DNA of 37,820 nucleotides, from positions 1-37,820 of IMG/VR virus record IMGVR_UViG_3300016263_000548; one strand, given 5' to 3'. Under the pieces are notes generated by a model. It made no database searches. It had not been told where the DNA came from and was given only the letters and a program-made list of their open reading frames with translations. Made by a program: the position numbers and the translations under genes. The DNA comes from a virus. Its lineage: Duplodnaviria > Caudoviricetes. Shown here piece after piece: positions 9,309 to 18,998 of this stretch (position 1 is its first letter; each line of letters starts with the position of its first letter).

Positions 9309-12300
9309 ATGAACTTTGGTTTCGAGTGCTTCCGGAAACTCATCTGCTGCATTCCGAAGATATACGGCTGGGGGCATAACTGGTCCGGCCAGTTGGGGCT
9401 CGGCGAGGGCTCAGGCTACAAGTCCGACATGCCCCTGCCGGGCACAGAGCCGCCGACCATCGACAAGCAGTCGGACTGGATCAAGGTCTGCTCGGGCGGA
9501 TCGAGAGGATACGGAATACGCTCTAACGGGACGCTGTGGGGGTGGGGGGGCGGCTGGGCTCCCGGCGACGGCGTCGCCGAGAACTACTCCCATCCGGTCC
9601 AGATCGGCGTCGGCCACCAGTGGATAGACGTTTCTGCGTCACCGTCGCACACGCTGGCTGTGCGAGAGGACGGCACGCTTTGGGCGTGGGGCTCAAACAG
9701 CCAACATGCGCTCGGCACGCATCTTCGATACCTTCGCGGCACGGCGATAGGCCACGCCGAAGAGGCTATTCGGGCGGTTCTCTCCAGGCCGATCGCGGCG
9801 GCGGGGCAGCAGCAGCCCGGCAAGTACTCCAAAAAGCCGACCGCTCAAGTCGTGCAGATGAAGAAAGACTCGCTCGGCAGCGATTGGGTCGTGGACGACA
9901 GCATCTCGCCGACTCCGGCCCAAGTTGAAGCCGTGATGAACTACACGGTCACTTCTGTGGAGTTAACCAGCGCCGGAAGTGGATACACGTCCACTCCGAC
10001 GGTGACGATAGACGGCGACGGCTCGGCGTCAGTCAGGCCGAACATGACGTTCAAGATCGTCAGCATTCGAGTAACCAACGGCGGTTCTGGGTATACGTCT
10101 CGGCCGACCGTGATTGCGCCTTGGTGGTTTGGATCTTCGACGATGGAAGTTTCCGCGATGGGCAGCGTCGTCGAGAGCGTCTTGGTCACAAATCCTGGAA
10201 GCGGATATATCAAGCCGCCGTCCGTGACTATAAACGGCGCTCTGACGTCAAGCCTTGCCGCCGTCATTGTGAATGGAGCAGTGTCTCGCGTCGACGTTGC
10301 CGCAGGGTTCAAGATAGACGCCGAGTCTGCTTCGATAGGCTTCGTTGGCGGAGGCGGCTCCGGGGCAACGGCCCAGGCGACTCTTCGCATGAATCATGTC
10401 GTTGCCGTGGGAGTCGTATCCCAGGGGTCATTCAATAGGAACGACTATTTCTCGTCTGAATGGACGACCCCGGTGACGTTCTCAGGCCCCGGCACAGGCG
10501 CCACGGCGAGCGTTGCCTTTGGCGACGGATACGTGAACTCGTTGACGCTCACTCCAGGCGACGGCTATCGCGAGACTCCGGCAATAGCGTTTTCAGGCGG
10601 CGGCGGAGATGGAGCGTCGGCAGAAGTAGTCAGCACCGAAGGCGAGGTCGAGTCGGTCTCCATTGTTTCGCCCGGAGATGGATACACCCGCAGCGAGGTT
10701 GGCTTTCTCAGGCGATGCCCGTTCGTGCAATTCACTCGCGATCCTGAAGATGAGTTCCAGGGGCCAGACGCAAGTTTCATTTGCAGCATCGAGCCGGGGC
10801 CGATCCAGTCGCTTGTGGTCAGCGACGACTGGAAGCCGAAGCCGCCGCCCGAGCCAACGCCGTTTGCCCCGCAGGGCACGGGCCGCGTGCCGATGGGCCA
10901 GTGGATGGACGGGCGGAACTGCATCATGCTCGGCGACAGACAAGAGACCCTTCCGCTCACGCAAGACTCGCTCGGCTGGGAGTCGGCTCCGTTTGTCATA
11001 AGCGGCAACGTGCCCGGCGGGCTTATAGCAGGGCGAGCCCCGTTCGACGGCCCGTCAACTCCGACTCCCGTCTGGAATCTTGAGTTCTTGTCCGAAACCG
11101 GCAGCGGCGCGTCGGGGACAATCTCGACAGCATCTGGGTGGATCGACTCCGCGACGCTGACAAACAGCGGAGACTTCTACGCATCTGAGCCAATTGTCGA
11201 GATCGACGGCGTTGGAAACGTGTTCCGCAGGCCCATCCAAGTTGGCCTTGGAAAGACGTGGAAGTCAGTGTCTGCTGGCGGCAACTACTCTCTCGCGATC
11301 GACAGCAGCGACCTGCCGTACTGGTGGGGTACGATACCGGGGCTGCTTAAATGGCCCGATTCGTTTCAGTGGCCTTTCTATACGTATCAGGAAGTCATCA
11401 AGAGACCGGCGAGAGTCGGCAGCAGAGTCTACATCACGGCGGAGCCGACGTCGGACGAGGTTGGCAGCCAATCGATTTTGCCCTTGATTTACGGCGACTG
11501 GATCGAGCCCCCGGCAAGCGAAGGCGGCATCCCTGCTGCTATCGGAAACTCGTTTAGGCAGTTAAAGACTCCGGCCTACGGCGGCGACGGAAATGGCCCG
11601 GCAGTCCCTGCCAAGTACGAAGGCCCTATCTATGTCACCATGTCAGCAGGGCACGGCTACACAGAAGTTCCGGAAGTCCTGCCAAGGGCGGGCGCTGGCT
11701 ACACGCTAACGGCGTCTCTCGTCGGCCCCGGCGAGTGCCAGTCAGTCTTGGCGGCGGGATCATCCGCTCTCGCAATCGACACGTCTGGTGTTTTGTGGAG
11801 ACTCAATGCGACGAGTGCTTTTCACGGCGACGGATTCCAGAAGAAAGACAGGCTGTTTCTTTACGAGTCCAGCACGCACCCGCCCGCGATGTCTGTTCAG
11901 CAAGGTGCGGAGCATGATGGGCGGAACTGGTCGCCAATTTATGGGGATACTATGTCGCCCATTCGCTATCGCCTTGAAGACGGCAAGAGCGGGAACCCAC
12001 ACGACGCCAAGGGCGAATGGTCCCCATTTGTTTATAAGTGGTACATAGTTAAAAGAACAGAAACAACGACGTGGGTCAACGGCGAGAATCGCGTCGCAAA
12101 TCAGGACACGATACACTCGCAGGGCACTGTCACTGATGATTATTACTATAACTACAGTATTGGTCTTGACGTCTGGGCCGGGTCTGTCGTTGCCCCCGCT
12201 GAGGTCAGCCCAATGCCCTCGGCGTTTGACGCGAACTACTTCTACCTCCCCATGCCCGGCTACCCCGGCGCAGTAGAACCGCTTGCTTGGCCTGTCATTC

Positions 12301-15300
12301 CTCCGCATGTGCAAGTCCCTGGGCAAGTCACTGGAGTGCAAGTCACAAACGGAGGCTCTGGGTACACTTCTCCGCCGACGGTTTCGTTCTCGCCCGGCGG
12401 TGCCTCCGCCTACGCTCGAATCAAGAACGGGCAAGTTATTGGCATTCAGGTGATGGGCGTTGGCGGTTGGTTCGACGGCGCGCCCGCCGTCACCATTTCC
12501 GGCGGAGGCGGAAGCGGCGCGACCGCTGAGGCGACGATTGCGCCAAATCCGCTCCCGGCGAGAGAGTACTTTTCTTGGTATAGATTCGGCGACACGTGGC
12601 CGGAGTTCTCTGGCAAGTCTCACGCGACTTACGAAAAGTTGCCGCCAAAACTCGTTCACGGCGGCTTCGGCCCCGCAAAAGTTGCCGAGTATCTTCAGTG
12701 GAATAAGGTCGCGTCAGAAAAGACTTCCGGGTGCATCGGAGAAACAACGGACGGGAAGTTATTCTTCGATGTCTCTACAAGGGATTCCTTTCTCACGACG
12801 AGCCTAACCGCAAACCCATACCCTGCCGCATTCCAGTCTCCGCAACTCGGAATCGGCGGACACTCAGGAGTCAAGGAGTCCGATCAGTCTCTGTGGCTGC
12901 TTGGCGACCCAAAGTACGGCCCGCCGGTCGTCAAAGGCGACGTCGAACTCAAGATCGACAATCACGGGGAAGGCTACACGGAACCAGCCATTCTGTCGTT
13001 CAGCAGTCAGGCGCAAGGCGTCGCGACTGCGAAGGCGACCCTCAATGGCTCGATCATAAGCGTCGGAGTGGTGCAGAAGGGTTCCGGGTACAGAACTCCG
13101 CCGACCGTAAGTGTTCCTGGCAACGCCCAGATCGAGGCAGCCATCGCCGGGCCGGTCGAGTCTGTGCAAGTCACAAACGGCGGGTCTGGGTATCGCGTTC
13201 CGCCGAAGGTCGTCTTCTCTCAGCCAGGCATCTCGGCGACGGCCACGTCTACGATCAAAGACGGCGCTGTCCAGTCTGTGCGAGTCTCCGAAGGCGGCCG
13301 GTATCGCGCTTCGCCGACCGTCTCGTTCGAGCCAGTCCCAGATGTCGAATCGATCGCTGTTACGGCTGGCGGCTCAGGGTACACGTCTCCGCCTCGCGTT
13401 CTTGTCGTCGGCGGCAGCGGCTCAGGATGCGAGGCGAAGTGCAGCATCGACGGGAAGGTCACTGGCATAACGATCACCAACGGCGGCTCTGGGTACACGT
13501 CTCCGCCGACGGTCTCGTTCTCGGGGGGAGGAGGTTCTGGGGCGTCTGCGATCGCCGGGATTGACGAAGCGACGGGGAAAGTCTCGGGCGTTACGGTCCT
13601 CAATCCAGGCAGCGGGTATCAGTCTCCGCCGACTGTTGTCTTCACTGGAGGCGGCGGCAACGCTGGAGGAGCGGCAGCCGTGGCCGCGATCGCTGGCCCG
13701 GTTCGGGACGTGACGGTGACGTCTCGTGGCTCTGGCTACTACAGGCCGCCGCAAGTTTTCTTTCAGGGCAGCGGCGGAACCGGCGCAACGGCGACGGCAG
13801 CAACAGCAGCCCCCGGAAGCGGCGCAGCCGCGACGTCCAAGATCAATGGCTCAGTGATTTACTGCAAGGTTCTCAACGGCGGCTCTGGGTATCGCTCGTC
13901 GCCCCAAGTCACGTTCACCGGCGGCGGAAACGAACGCATCTCGTCGCTTGAGGCGAAACTCTCTGCCGGTGAGATCACGCAGGCTGAGTTCGACGATTCT
14001 GTGTCGCATTTCCGGGCGACGGCCCAGGCCAGGATCAAAGGCGGCGTGACTCTCTCTGTTGAAAACGGCGGCGAAAAGTATTCGCACAAGGCGATGGCGT
14101 CGACGATCGGCCCATTTTTACTCAAGCCTGGGTGGGTATGGAACGGCCCGTATGGGTATGCCGGGTCGGGAACCGGAGGCCCTCCGTACTGGCGAGACGG
14201 CGACATGATGTCGACTGCTTTCTGGGTCCACTCCGCAGGAGGTTCGCCAAGGCCAACCTCTGTATCCACCAACACAGTAAACATCACTAACCCGGCCGAG
14301 GAGTGGGTTTTTGTCTCTGAGGCCCGGCACGGCCGAGCCACTCCGTCAACCACCGAGCGTCCTGGCGGGGCCATTTCTTCGATGAGCGACCCAGAAGGAT
14401 CGCCTCCTTCGTCTGTGTTGACTTCGACAAACTGGACCCAAGAGCCGCTCGTGTCGTTCTGGAACACTCGTGCGCTGGGAGCGGTGACTAGACTGCGTCG
14501 ATGCGCCATCGCTCGGAGAAGCGACGCCACTCCGCAGCCGAAGTCTATTTACACATGGCCGCACTCGATGTCGCATCTTGAGAGCGTCTTGGCGATGAGC
14601 GACGCCGAGACGCTTCTCTACGGTAGCACCGTCGCTAGTCTTCTCGGATTTATGCGCAGGCTGCTCTTCTCTTGGGGCGGAGGCTGGCCCGCCGTTGCTG
14701 AGTTCATGTCCGGAGGCACGATTGTATCTGCCTACCTCGACGGAGTTCTAAGCAGTCCGTTTCCAATCTACGGCGACAACCCGTACATCATCGACGGAGG
14801 AGACCGAACACCACTTATCATTCAAGAGTCAGCCATGCAGTACAAGTTCGCATCTCCACCGACAGTTCAAGTCGAGTGCGACGTCGGCACCGGCGCGTCC
14901 GTGACAGTCAGCGCCGACGGCAGCGGGACCGGGACTGTCAATGTCGGCTCCGGCGGCTCCGGGTATGGGTCGCTCGCCAGGGCCGTCGTCTCCGGGGGGC
15001 GGCCGAAGATCACGCCAGCGGCGGCTACGGCGACCCTCGTCAACGGAGCGGTCACTGCTGTCTCGGTCACTGCGTCTGGAGAAGGCTACACGAGCCCGCC
15101 TCTCGTGATCTTGCACGGCGGCGGCGGCGCTGGCGCGACGGCCGAGGCTGTGATGAGCGATGCCAACCTATGGCCGCACTGGATAATTCGGAGAAGCGTC
15201 GTTGGAGTCAAAGTGACATCAGGCGGCAGTGGCTACACGTCGCCGCCGACCGTGTCTTTTGTCGAGACAGACAAAGACTACGCTGACTTTGTTATTCCGA

Positions 15301-15725
15301 GATTCTCTTGGGCTGGGGTGTACGGGCACAGCGAGCCAAGCGGCTGGAAGGCGAGGCTCGTCGGCGTCGAGAACGCGACGCCCGAGTACACCGAGTTGCT
15401 CGGAGGCGATCGAGACACGTGGGAAGAGATTAGCGAGATGACTCCCAGCCCGACTTGGGCTTACAACTCAGGCGACACCGAAGTGGCCGAAGACTTAACG
15501 TGCTTTTACGCAGACGGACACATTGTGTCTGCGACCATCGATGAGTCTTGGCCGGACATGGAACGGCATCCGGCCAACCTAAAGAAACTGCCAGACGGCG
15601 CCACCGTCGTGGTCCGTGGCAACTGCGACACAACAGCCGCGATCAGCGTCATTCGGCCGAAGTGGTCGAACGAACTGGACGGCTACGGGGGGGTCACGTT
15701 TGCCGTCAGGGACGAAACGCCATGA
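9309..15725 (+). CDS. Giant tail-tip/fibre protein with RCC1-like repeats and many V.NGGSGYTSPPTV repeats
   Basis: ~2138 aa (start 9309, alternatively GTG 9300); RCC1 motifs (YGWGHNWSGQLGLG, SHTLAVREDGTLWAWGSN) and over 15 G.GY...P.V repeats. Confidence 0.75.
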   Translation: MNFGFECFRKLICCIPKIYGWGHNWSGQLGLGEGSGYKSDMPLPGTEPPTIDKQSDWIKVCSGGSRGYGIRSNGTLWGWGGGWAPGDGVAENYSHPVQIGVGHQWIDVSASPSHTLAVREDGTLWAWGSNSQHALGTHLRYLRGTAIGHAEEAIRAVLSRPIAAAGQQQPGKYSKKPTAQVVQMKKDSLGSDWVVDDSISPTPAQVEAVMNYTVTSVELTSAGSGYTSTPTVTIDGDGSASVRPNMTFKIVSIRVTNGGSGYTSRPTVIAPWWFGSSTMEVSAMGSVVESVLVTNPGSGYIKPPSVTINGALTSSLAAVIVNGAVSRVDVAAGFKIDAESASIGFVGGGGSGATAQATLRMNHVVAVGVVSQGSFNRNDYFSSEWTTPVTFSGPGTGATASVAFGDGYVNSLTLTPGDGYRETPAIAFSGGGGDGASAEVVSTEGEVESVSIVSPGDGYTRSEVGFLRRCPFVQFTRDPEDEFQGPDASFICSIEPGPIQSLVVSDDWKPKPPPEPTPFAPQGTGRVPMGQWMDGRNCIMLGDRQETLPLTQDSLGWESAPFVISGNVPGGLIAGRAPFDGPSTPTPVWNLEFLSETGSGASGTISTASGWIDSATLTNSGDFYASEPIVEIDGVGNVFRRPIQVGLGKTWKSVSAGGNYSLAIDSSDLPYWWGTIPGLLKWPDSFQWPFYTYQEVIKRPARVGSRVYITAEPTSDEVGSQSILPLIYGDWIEPPASEGGIPAAIGNSFRQLKTPAYGGDGNGPAVPAKYEGPIYVTMSAGHGYTEVPEVLPRAGAGYTLTASLVGPGECQSVLAAGSSALAIDTSGVLWRLNATSAFHGDGFQKKDRLFLYESSTHPPAMSVQQGAEHDGRNWSPIYGDTMSPIRYRLEDGKSGNPHDAKGEWSPFVYKWYIVKRTETTTWVNGENRVANQDTIHSQGTVTDDYYYNYSIGLDVWAGSVVAPAEVSPMPSAFDANYFYLPMPGYPGAVEPLAWPVIPPHVQVPGQVTGVQVTNGGSGYTSPPTVSFSPGGASAYARIKNGQVIGIQVMGVGGWFDGAPAVTISGGGGSGATAEATIAPNPLPAREYFSWYRFGDTWPEFSGKSHATYEKLPPKLVHGGFGPAKVAEYLQWNKVASEKTSGCIGETTDGKLFFDVSTRDSFLTTSLTANPYPAAFQSPQLGIGGHSGVKESDQSLWLLGDPKYGPPVVKGDVELKIDNHGEGYTEPAILSFSSQAQGVATAKATLNGSIISVGVVQKGSGYRTPPTVSVPGNAQIEAAIAGPVESVQVTNGGSGYRVPPKVVFSQPGISATATSTIKDGAVQSVRVSEGGRYRASPTVSFEPVPDVESIAVTAGGSGYTSPPRVLVVGGSGSGCEAKCSIDGKVTGITITNGGSGYTSPPTVSFSGGGGSGASAIAGIDEATGKVSGVTVLNPGSGYQSPPTVVFTGGGGNAGGAAAVAAIAGPVRDVTVTSRGSGYYRPPQVFFQGSGGTGATATAATAAPGSGAAATSKINGSVIYCKVLNGGSGYRSSPQVTFTGGGNERISSLEAKLSAGEITQAEFDDSVSHFRATAQARIKGGVTLSVENGGEKYSHKAMASTIGPFLLKPGWVWNGPYGYAGSGTGGPPYWRDGDMMSTAFWVHSAGGSPRPTSVSTNTVNITNPAEEWVFVSEARHGRATPSTTERPGGAISSMSDPEGSPPSSVLTSTNWTQEPLVSFWNTRALGAVTRLRRCAIARRSDATPQPKSIYTWPHSMSHLESVLAMSDAETLLYGSTVASLLGFMRRLLFSWGGGWPAVAEFMSGGTIVSAYLDGVLSSPFPIYGDNPYIIDGGDRTPLIIQESAMQYKFASPPTVQVECDVGTGASVTVSADGSGTGTVNVGSGGSGYGSLARAVVSGGRPKITPAAATATLVNGAVTAVSVTASGEGYTSPPLVILHGGGGAGATAEAVMSDANLWPHWIIRRSVVGVKVTSGGSGYTSPPTVSFVETDKDYADFVIPRFSWAGVYGHSEPSGWKARLVGVENATPEYTELLGGDRDTWEEISEMTPSPTWAYNSGDTEVAEDLTCFYADGHIVSATIDESWPDMERHPANLKKLPDGATVVVRGNCDTTAAISVIRPKWSNELDGYGGVTFAVRDETP

Positions 15726-16012
15726 TTCGGCCAGTCTCGCTTGGCGGCCTAGTCTCCAAGTTCCTGTCAAGTCTCGGAATCACGAGCGACAGGGCCTCGA
15801 AGATTCTAAACACACCAGACTGCGGATGTGACTCCAGAAGCGAGTCCCTGGACGCTTGGGGATACCGAGTCCAATACAAGATAATCATGTACTGCGGCGG
15901 CCCCGCGAGAATGACTTGGCGATCTCGGTGCCGGTTTGTCCGGAGAAGGTTATGGAAGACCATCGTTTCCAAATTGACGGCGTCCGCTGGCTCTGGCGGT
16001 ACTCGCCATTAA
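15722..16012 (+). CDS. Hypothetical protein with DCGC motif
   Basis: ATGA overlap with the fibre stop; LG..V...L..LGIT...DCGC..R...L..WG pattern. Confidence 0.55.
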   Translation: MIRPVSLGGLVSKFLSSLGITSDRASKILNTPDCGCDSRSESLDAWGYRVQYKIIMYCGGPARMTWRSRCRFVRRRLWKTIVSKLTASAGSGGTRH

Positions 16013-16236
16013 AGGGCGACGCCGACGGCTGGACCGAGTACGACAAGCGTAAAGTCTTGATTCATTCGGGGCTCAAGAACCGAGCGAGACTTGAGTGCGA
16101 ACTCCACGAGGGGCTGCATGCAAGTCTCGGCCCTGCGATCTCAGAAGCAGCCGTCACGCAAGCCGCGAGCGATCTTGCCATGATCTTGTACTCGCTGGGC
16201 TACAGGCTCGAAAAATCCTCTTGCCGACGGCGGTAG
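15952..16236 (+). CDS. Small HExxH zinc-metallopeptidase-like protein
   Basis: SD GGAG/AAGG before ATG 15952; VLIHSGL...ELHEGLHA (HExxH). Confidence 0.6.
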   Translation: MEDHRFQIDGVRWLWRYSPLKGDADGWTEYDKRKVLIHSGLKNRARLECELHEGLHASLGPAISEAAVTQAASDLAMILYSLGYRLEKSSCRRR

Positions 16237-16275
16237 TCTGGATACGCTTACGTGCCCCACGACAGGAGGTCACGT

Positions 16276-16887
16276 ATGGCAGCGACAGTCACGGCAGTGG
16301 ACGGCGGGTACATCGAGAACATCGCGGACTCGAATCGAATCATTCGCGAGATCGTCGAGGCTCGCAACGCATCGCGGGCGGCTCTCGGCGAAGATGACGG
16401 CGAACTGGAGGCTGACGTCAAGAGTGCGGCCACGATGGACGGCGCGACGCCTCTCCCCGGTGCGTTCGACGTTGAAAACCCAAAAGACCTCGTCGGAACG
16501 AACAAACTGCCTATGCACCTCTGGCCGACGACTGCGACGGCCATGGGGTGCATTGCCCTGCTCAACGGAGCCCTGAAGTACGGACGCGCTAACTGGCGTC
16601 GCGTCGGCGTTCGTGCTTCGATCTACGCCGATGCCTGCATGCGGCACGTTGCAGCGTGGTTTGAGGGCCACGAGTGCGACGAGGAGGGCGTGCCTCACTT
16701 GGCGTCCGCCCTGGCGTGTCTGGCGATCCTCGTCGACGCCGAGGCTGCTGGCAAACTCAAGGACGACCGTCAGGTCAGCGGCGGTCACGACGAGATCGTG
16801 AAGAGGCTCACCCCGCACGTCGAGCGGCTGCGGGCCCTGCATGCTGGCAAGTCTCCGAAGCACTACACGATCGGAGATAACGAATGA
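16276..16887 (+). CDS. dATP/dGTP diphosphohydrolase N-terminal domain (DUF5664-type) protein
   Basis: SD AGGAGG; NPKD..G..KLPMHLWP...GALKYGRANWR...RH...HLASALACLAIL motif set. Confidence 0.8.
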   Translation: MAATVTAVDGGYIENIADSNRIIREIVEARNASRAALGEDDGELEADVKSAATMDGATPLPGAFDVENPKDLVGTNKLPMHLWPTTATAMGCIALLNGALKYGRANWRRVGVRASIYADACMRHVAAWFEGHECDEEGVPHLASALACLAILVDAEAAGKLKDDRQVSGGHDEIVKRLTPHVERLRALHAGKSPKHYTIGDNE

Positions 16888-17252
16888 AGGTCTACCTTGC
16901 TGGCCCAATGACTGGCCTGCCTCTGTTCAATTTCCCCGCTTTCGACGAGGCCGAGGCGAAACTCAGGGCTCTCGGCTACGACGTGATCAATCCGGCCCAA
17001 CTGGACAGAGACGTCGGCTTCGACCCGACGTCGACGATCGTCTCGAAGGAGTTTCTCCGCGACGCCCTCCGTCGGGATTTGTCTGCCCTGTGCGACGCCG
17101 ACGCGATCGCCATGCTCCCCGGATGGGAGCAGTCTGGCGGAGCCAGGGTAGAGTGGACTCTCGCCACGCACCTGGGGCTGGATGTCGTGTATTTATCGCC
17201 TTTTGGTGAGATTTGCGGCAAATCATTGGCGTCTCCTGTAGCCATTTCTTAG
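16884..17252 (+). CDS. DUF4406-type nucleoside 2-deoxyribosyltransferase-fold protein
   Basis: MKVYLAGPMTGLP.FNFPAF...INPA...CDAIAMLPGWEQSGGARVE signature. Confidence 0.85.
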   Translation: MKVYLAGPMTGLPLFNFPAFDEAEAKLRALGYDVINPAQLDRDVGFDPTSTIVSKEFLRDALRRDLSALCDADAIAMLPGWEQSGGARVEWTLATHLGLDVVYLSPFGEICGKSLASPVAIS

Positions 17253-17279
17253 GTTGAGGCCGCCCCGAGGAGGTCGCCA

Positions 17280-17480
17280 ATGCCAGAGTGGACTTCATGC
17301 CAACAAAGCCTGCCGAACTACGGACAAGAAGTCTTGGTGTGGAACGGAACCGTCATCACCATTGCGAGGCTCGTGCTGCACGAAGGAGAGCAGTTCTGGG
17401 AATCAGACGACGATGTCATTGAATTGATCTCTCCGACTCACTGGCTCCCTCTTCCAGAACCGCCATCGAAAGAGAAATGA
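17280..17480 (+). CDS. DUF551-like small phage protein
   Basis: SD GGAGG; W.SC...LP..GQEVLVW...PTHWLPLPEPP. Confidence 0.75.
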   Translation: MPEWTSCQQSLPNYGQEVLVWNGTVITIARLVLHEGEQFWESDDDVIELISPTHWLPLPEPPSKEK

Positions 17481-17698
17481 TGCGACCGTATCGTGGCTAC
17501 ACGCTGATTGAACTGCTTGTCGTTGTGGCTATCATCGCCACACTCGCATCGCTGCTTGTACCGGCGATCTATGGCAAGAACCACTCGTCCAAGCCGCCTG
17601 AAACCTCGCTGCTGCATACCGTCCGACACGACGGACTGATTTCCTGGCGAAGTGGGTCAGGCCCGATAAGATCGACGGGAAATACCTTCCAGAGGTAA
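17477..17698 (+). CDS. Prepilin-type N-terminal cleavage/methylation peptide protein (short)
   Basis: RG|YTLIELLVVVAIIATLASLLVPA = class III signal peptide with Glu5. Confidence 0.75.
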   Translation: MMRPYRGYTLIELLVVVAIIATLASLLVPAIYGKNHSSKPPETSLLHTVRHDGLISWRSGSGPIRSTGNTFQR

Positions 17699-17732
17699 GC
17701 GGAGCCGCTGCCGTGTGGAACTGGAGGCCCTC

Positions 17733-18599
17733 TCAGTCTAGCCCAGGCAAGACTTCGCAAGGCTTCGGGCCAGTGTCGATGAATCGCGGATCGAGGTAAG
17801 CCTTCGTGATTCGCGGCGAACTGTGATCCAGCAACGCCGTTGGGTCGCCGCCTCTCGCCGCAAAGTGCGTTGCGGCTGACCTTCTCAGTTGGTGGAACTT
17901 GCTCCGACGTCCGCCTTCGAGCCCCGCCGCTTTGACGATCTTGCCGAAGCGGTTCCACAGGTACTCGTACCCTCGCGGCCACGCGAAGAGTTGCGGCCCG
18001 TTGCTGGACTTTTTCAGCACGTCGAGCAGATCGCAGACCGGTTCTGTGAACGTGTAGAGTTTGTCTCGCTTGCCGCCCTTTCGATACTCGGCCCTGACGA
18101 GGATGATCGGCCTCGTGTAGTCCTCTTTCAGCACGGACATGATCGCGCCGATGCGTTCTGCGCTCTGCCAAAGGACTTGAATGAGTGCTGTCCAGAAAAC
18201 ATGGGCGGGCACGTCGCCGACTTTTCCCTTCATCACTTTCGCGGTCGCGAGCAGGGCCTTGAGTTGCTCAATGCTCCAGGCAGTCGGCACGCGAAACGGG
18301 ATCGGCGTCGGCGGCACGCACGGACGCATGTCCGTCAGTCTTCGGTCAGCCGCGCATCGCCAGAGAGCCAGTATCTGCGTCCGCTCTTTCTCGGCCGTGT
18401 AGACGCTCCGTTCTCTCGCACGATGCGAGAGGTAGCGGGAGACGGCGAGGTCGTTGAGGTCGTCCTCGATCGTCGCCGGTCTGCCGAGATACTTGGCGTA
18501 CTGCTTGAGAGTGTTGGCGTACAGTCTCGCCGTGTTGTCGCTCCGGCCTCGCAACTTGAGAGGCCGGTAGAAGTCATCGAAAAACTGGCTGAGAGTCAT
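17733..18599 (-). CDS. int: Tyrosine recombinase/integrase
   Basis: Catalytic R (AERIGA), K (RKGGKRDK), HxxR (FHQLRR), H (LDHS), Y (TKAY); N-terminal SAM-like core-binding region; SD AAGGAG. Confidence 0.9.
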   Translation of the reverse strand: MTLSQFFDDFYRPLKLRGRSDNTARLYANTLKQYAKYLGRPATIEDDLNDLAVSRYLSHRARERSVYTAEKERTQILALWRCAADRRLTDMRPCVPPTPIPFRVPTAWSIEQLKALLATAKVMKGKVGDVPAHVFWTALIQVLWQSAERIGAIMSVLKEDYTRPIILVRAEYRKGGKRDKLYTFTEPVCDLLDVLKKSSNGPQLFAWPRGYEYLWNRFGKIVKAAGLEGGRRSKFHQLRRSAATHFAARGGDPTALLDHSSPRITKAYLDPRFIDTGPKPCEVLPGLD

Positions 18600-18689
18600 G
18601 GTCGCATCTCCTTCGAGCGGGGAGTATGCGAGTCCTTTCGCGGTCGCCTACCCTTCATGGGGAGGGGTGTACCAACGGTGCCGATATCC

Positions 18690-18857
18690 CTATTCCGTCT
18701 TTGCCGTCTTGTTCAATTGTGCGTGCAACTCTCTCGCGGCGTCGATCGCTCGCCGCCGCTTCTTGTAGCCGCCCTGCCCGTGGCACTTCTTGATGAAGTC
18801 TTCGAGTGCTTCGAGCAAGGCGTACTGCTGGTCGTAGTGTGAAATCTTGACGATCAT
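18690..18857 (-). CDS. Hypothetical 55-aa protein upstream of the integrase
   Basis: SD GGAGG then ATG (MIVKISHYDQQYALLEALEDFIKK...); same orientation as int. Confidence 0.55.
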   Translation of the reverse strand: MIVKISHYDQQYALLEALEDFIKKCHGQGGYKKRRRAIDAARELHAQLNKTAKTE

Positions 18858-18914
18858 TTCCAATCCTCCGTGCGAGACGATCGCAGCGAATCCGTTGCCG
18901 CTGCGTCTGAACGA

Positions 18915-18944
18915 ATAATGGCGCCCCCGCCATTGCAATGTCAA
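18915..18944 (-). promoter_or_regulatory. Putative sigma70-like promoter for the integrase operon
   Basis: Minus strand TTGACA-N18-CATTAT upstream of the 55-aa ORF. Confidence 0.4.
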
Positions 18945-18945
18945 C

Positions 18946-18972
18946 ACCGACCCCTTCGGGGGTCGGTTTTTT
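18946..18972 (+). terminator. Intrinsic terminator
   Basis: ACCGACCCC-TTCG-GGGGTCGGT, a 9-bp stem with cUUCGg loop, followed by a T run. Confidence 0.75.
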
Positions 18973-18998
18973 GGACCGGATGTACGGAGACGGCAACC

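Noticed and set aside
16276-16887. Calling this a 2-aminoadenine (Z) genome phage
   Set aside because: No purZ or DNA polymerase in the window, and this domain also occurs in phages with ordinary DNA.
17635-17800. Alternative frame after the prepilin ORF (TDFLAKWVRPDKIDGKYLPEV...) as a frameshifted continuation or fused remnant
   Set aside because: No slippery site or recognisable motif, and it runs antisense into int; cannot be supported without homologs.
17699-18998. A defined attP core
   Set aside because: No tRNA fragment or clear arm-type repeats seen; the host sequence is needed.
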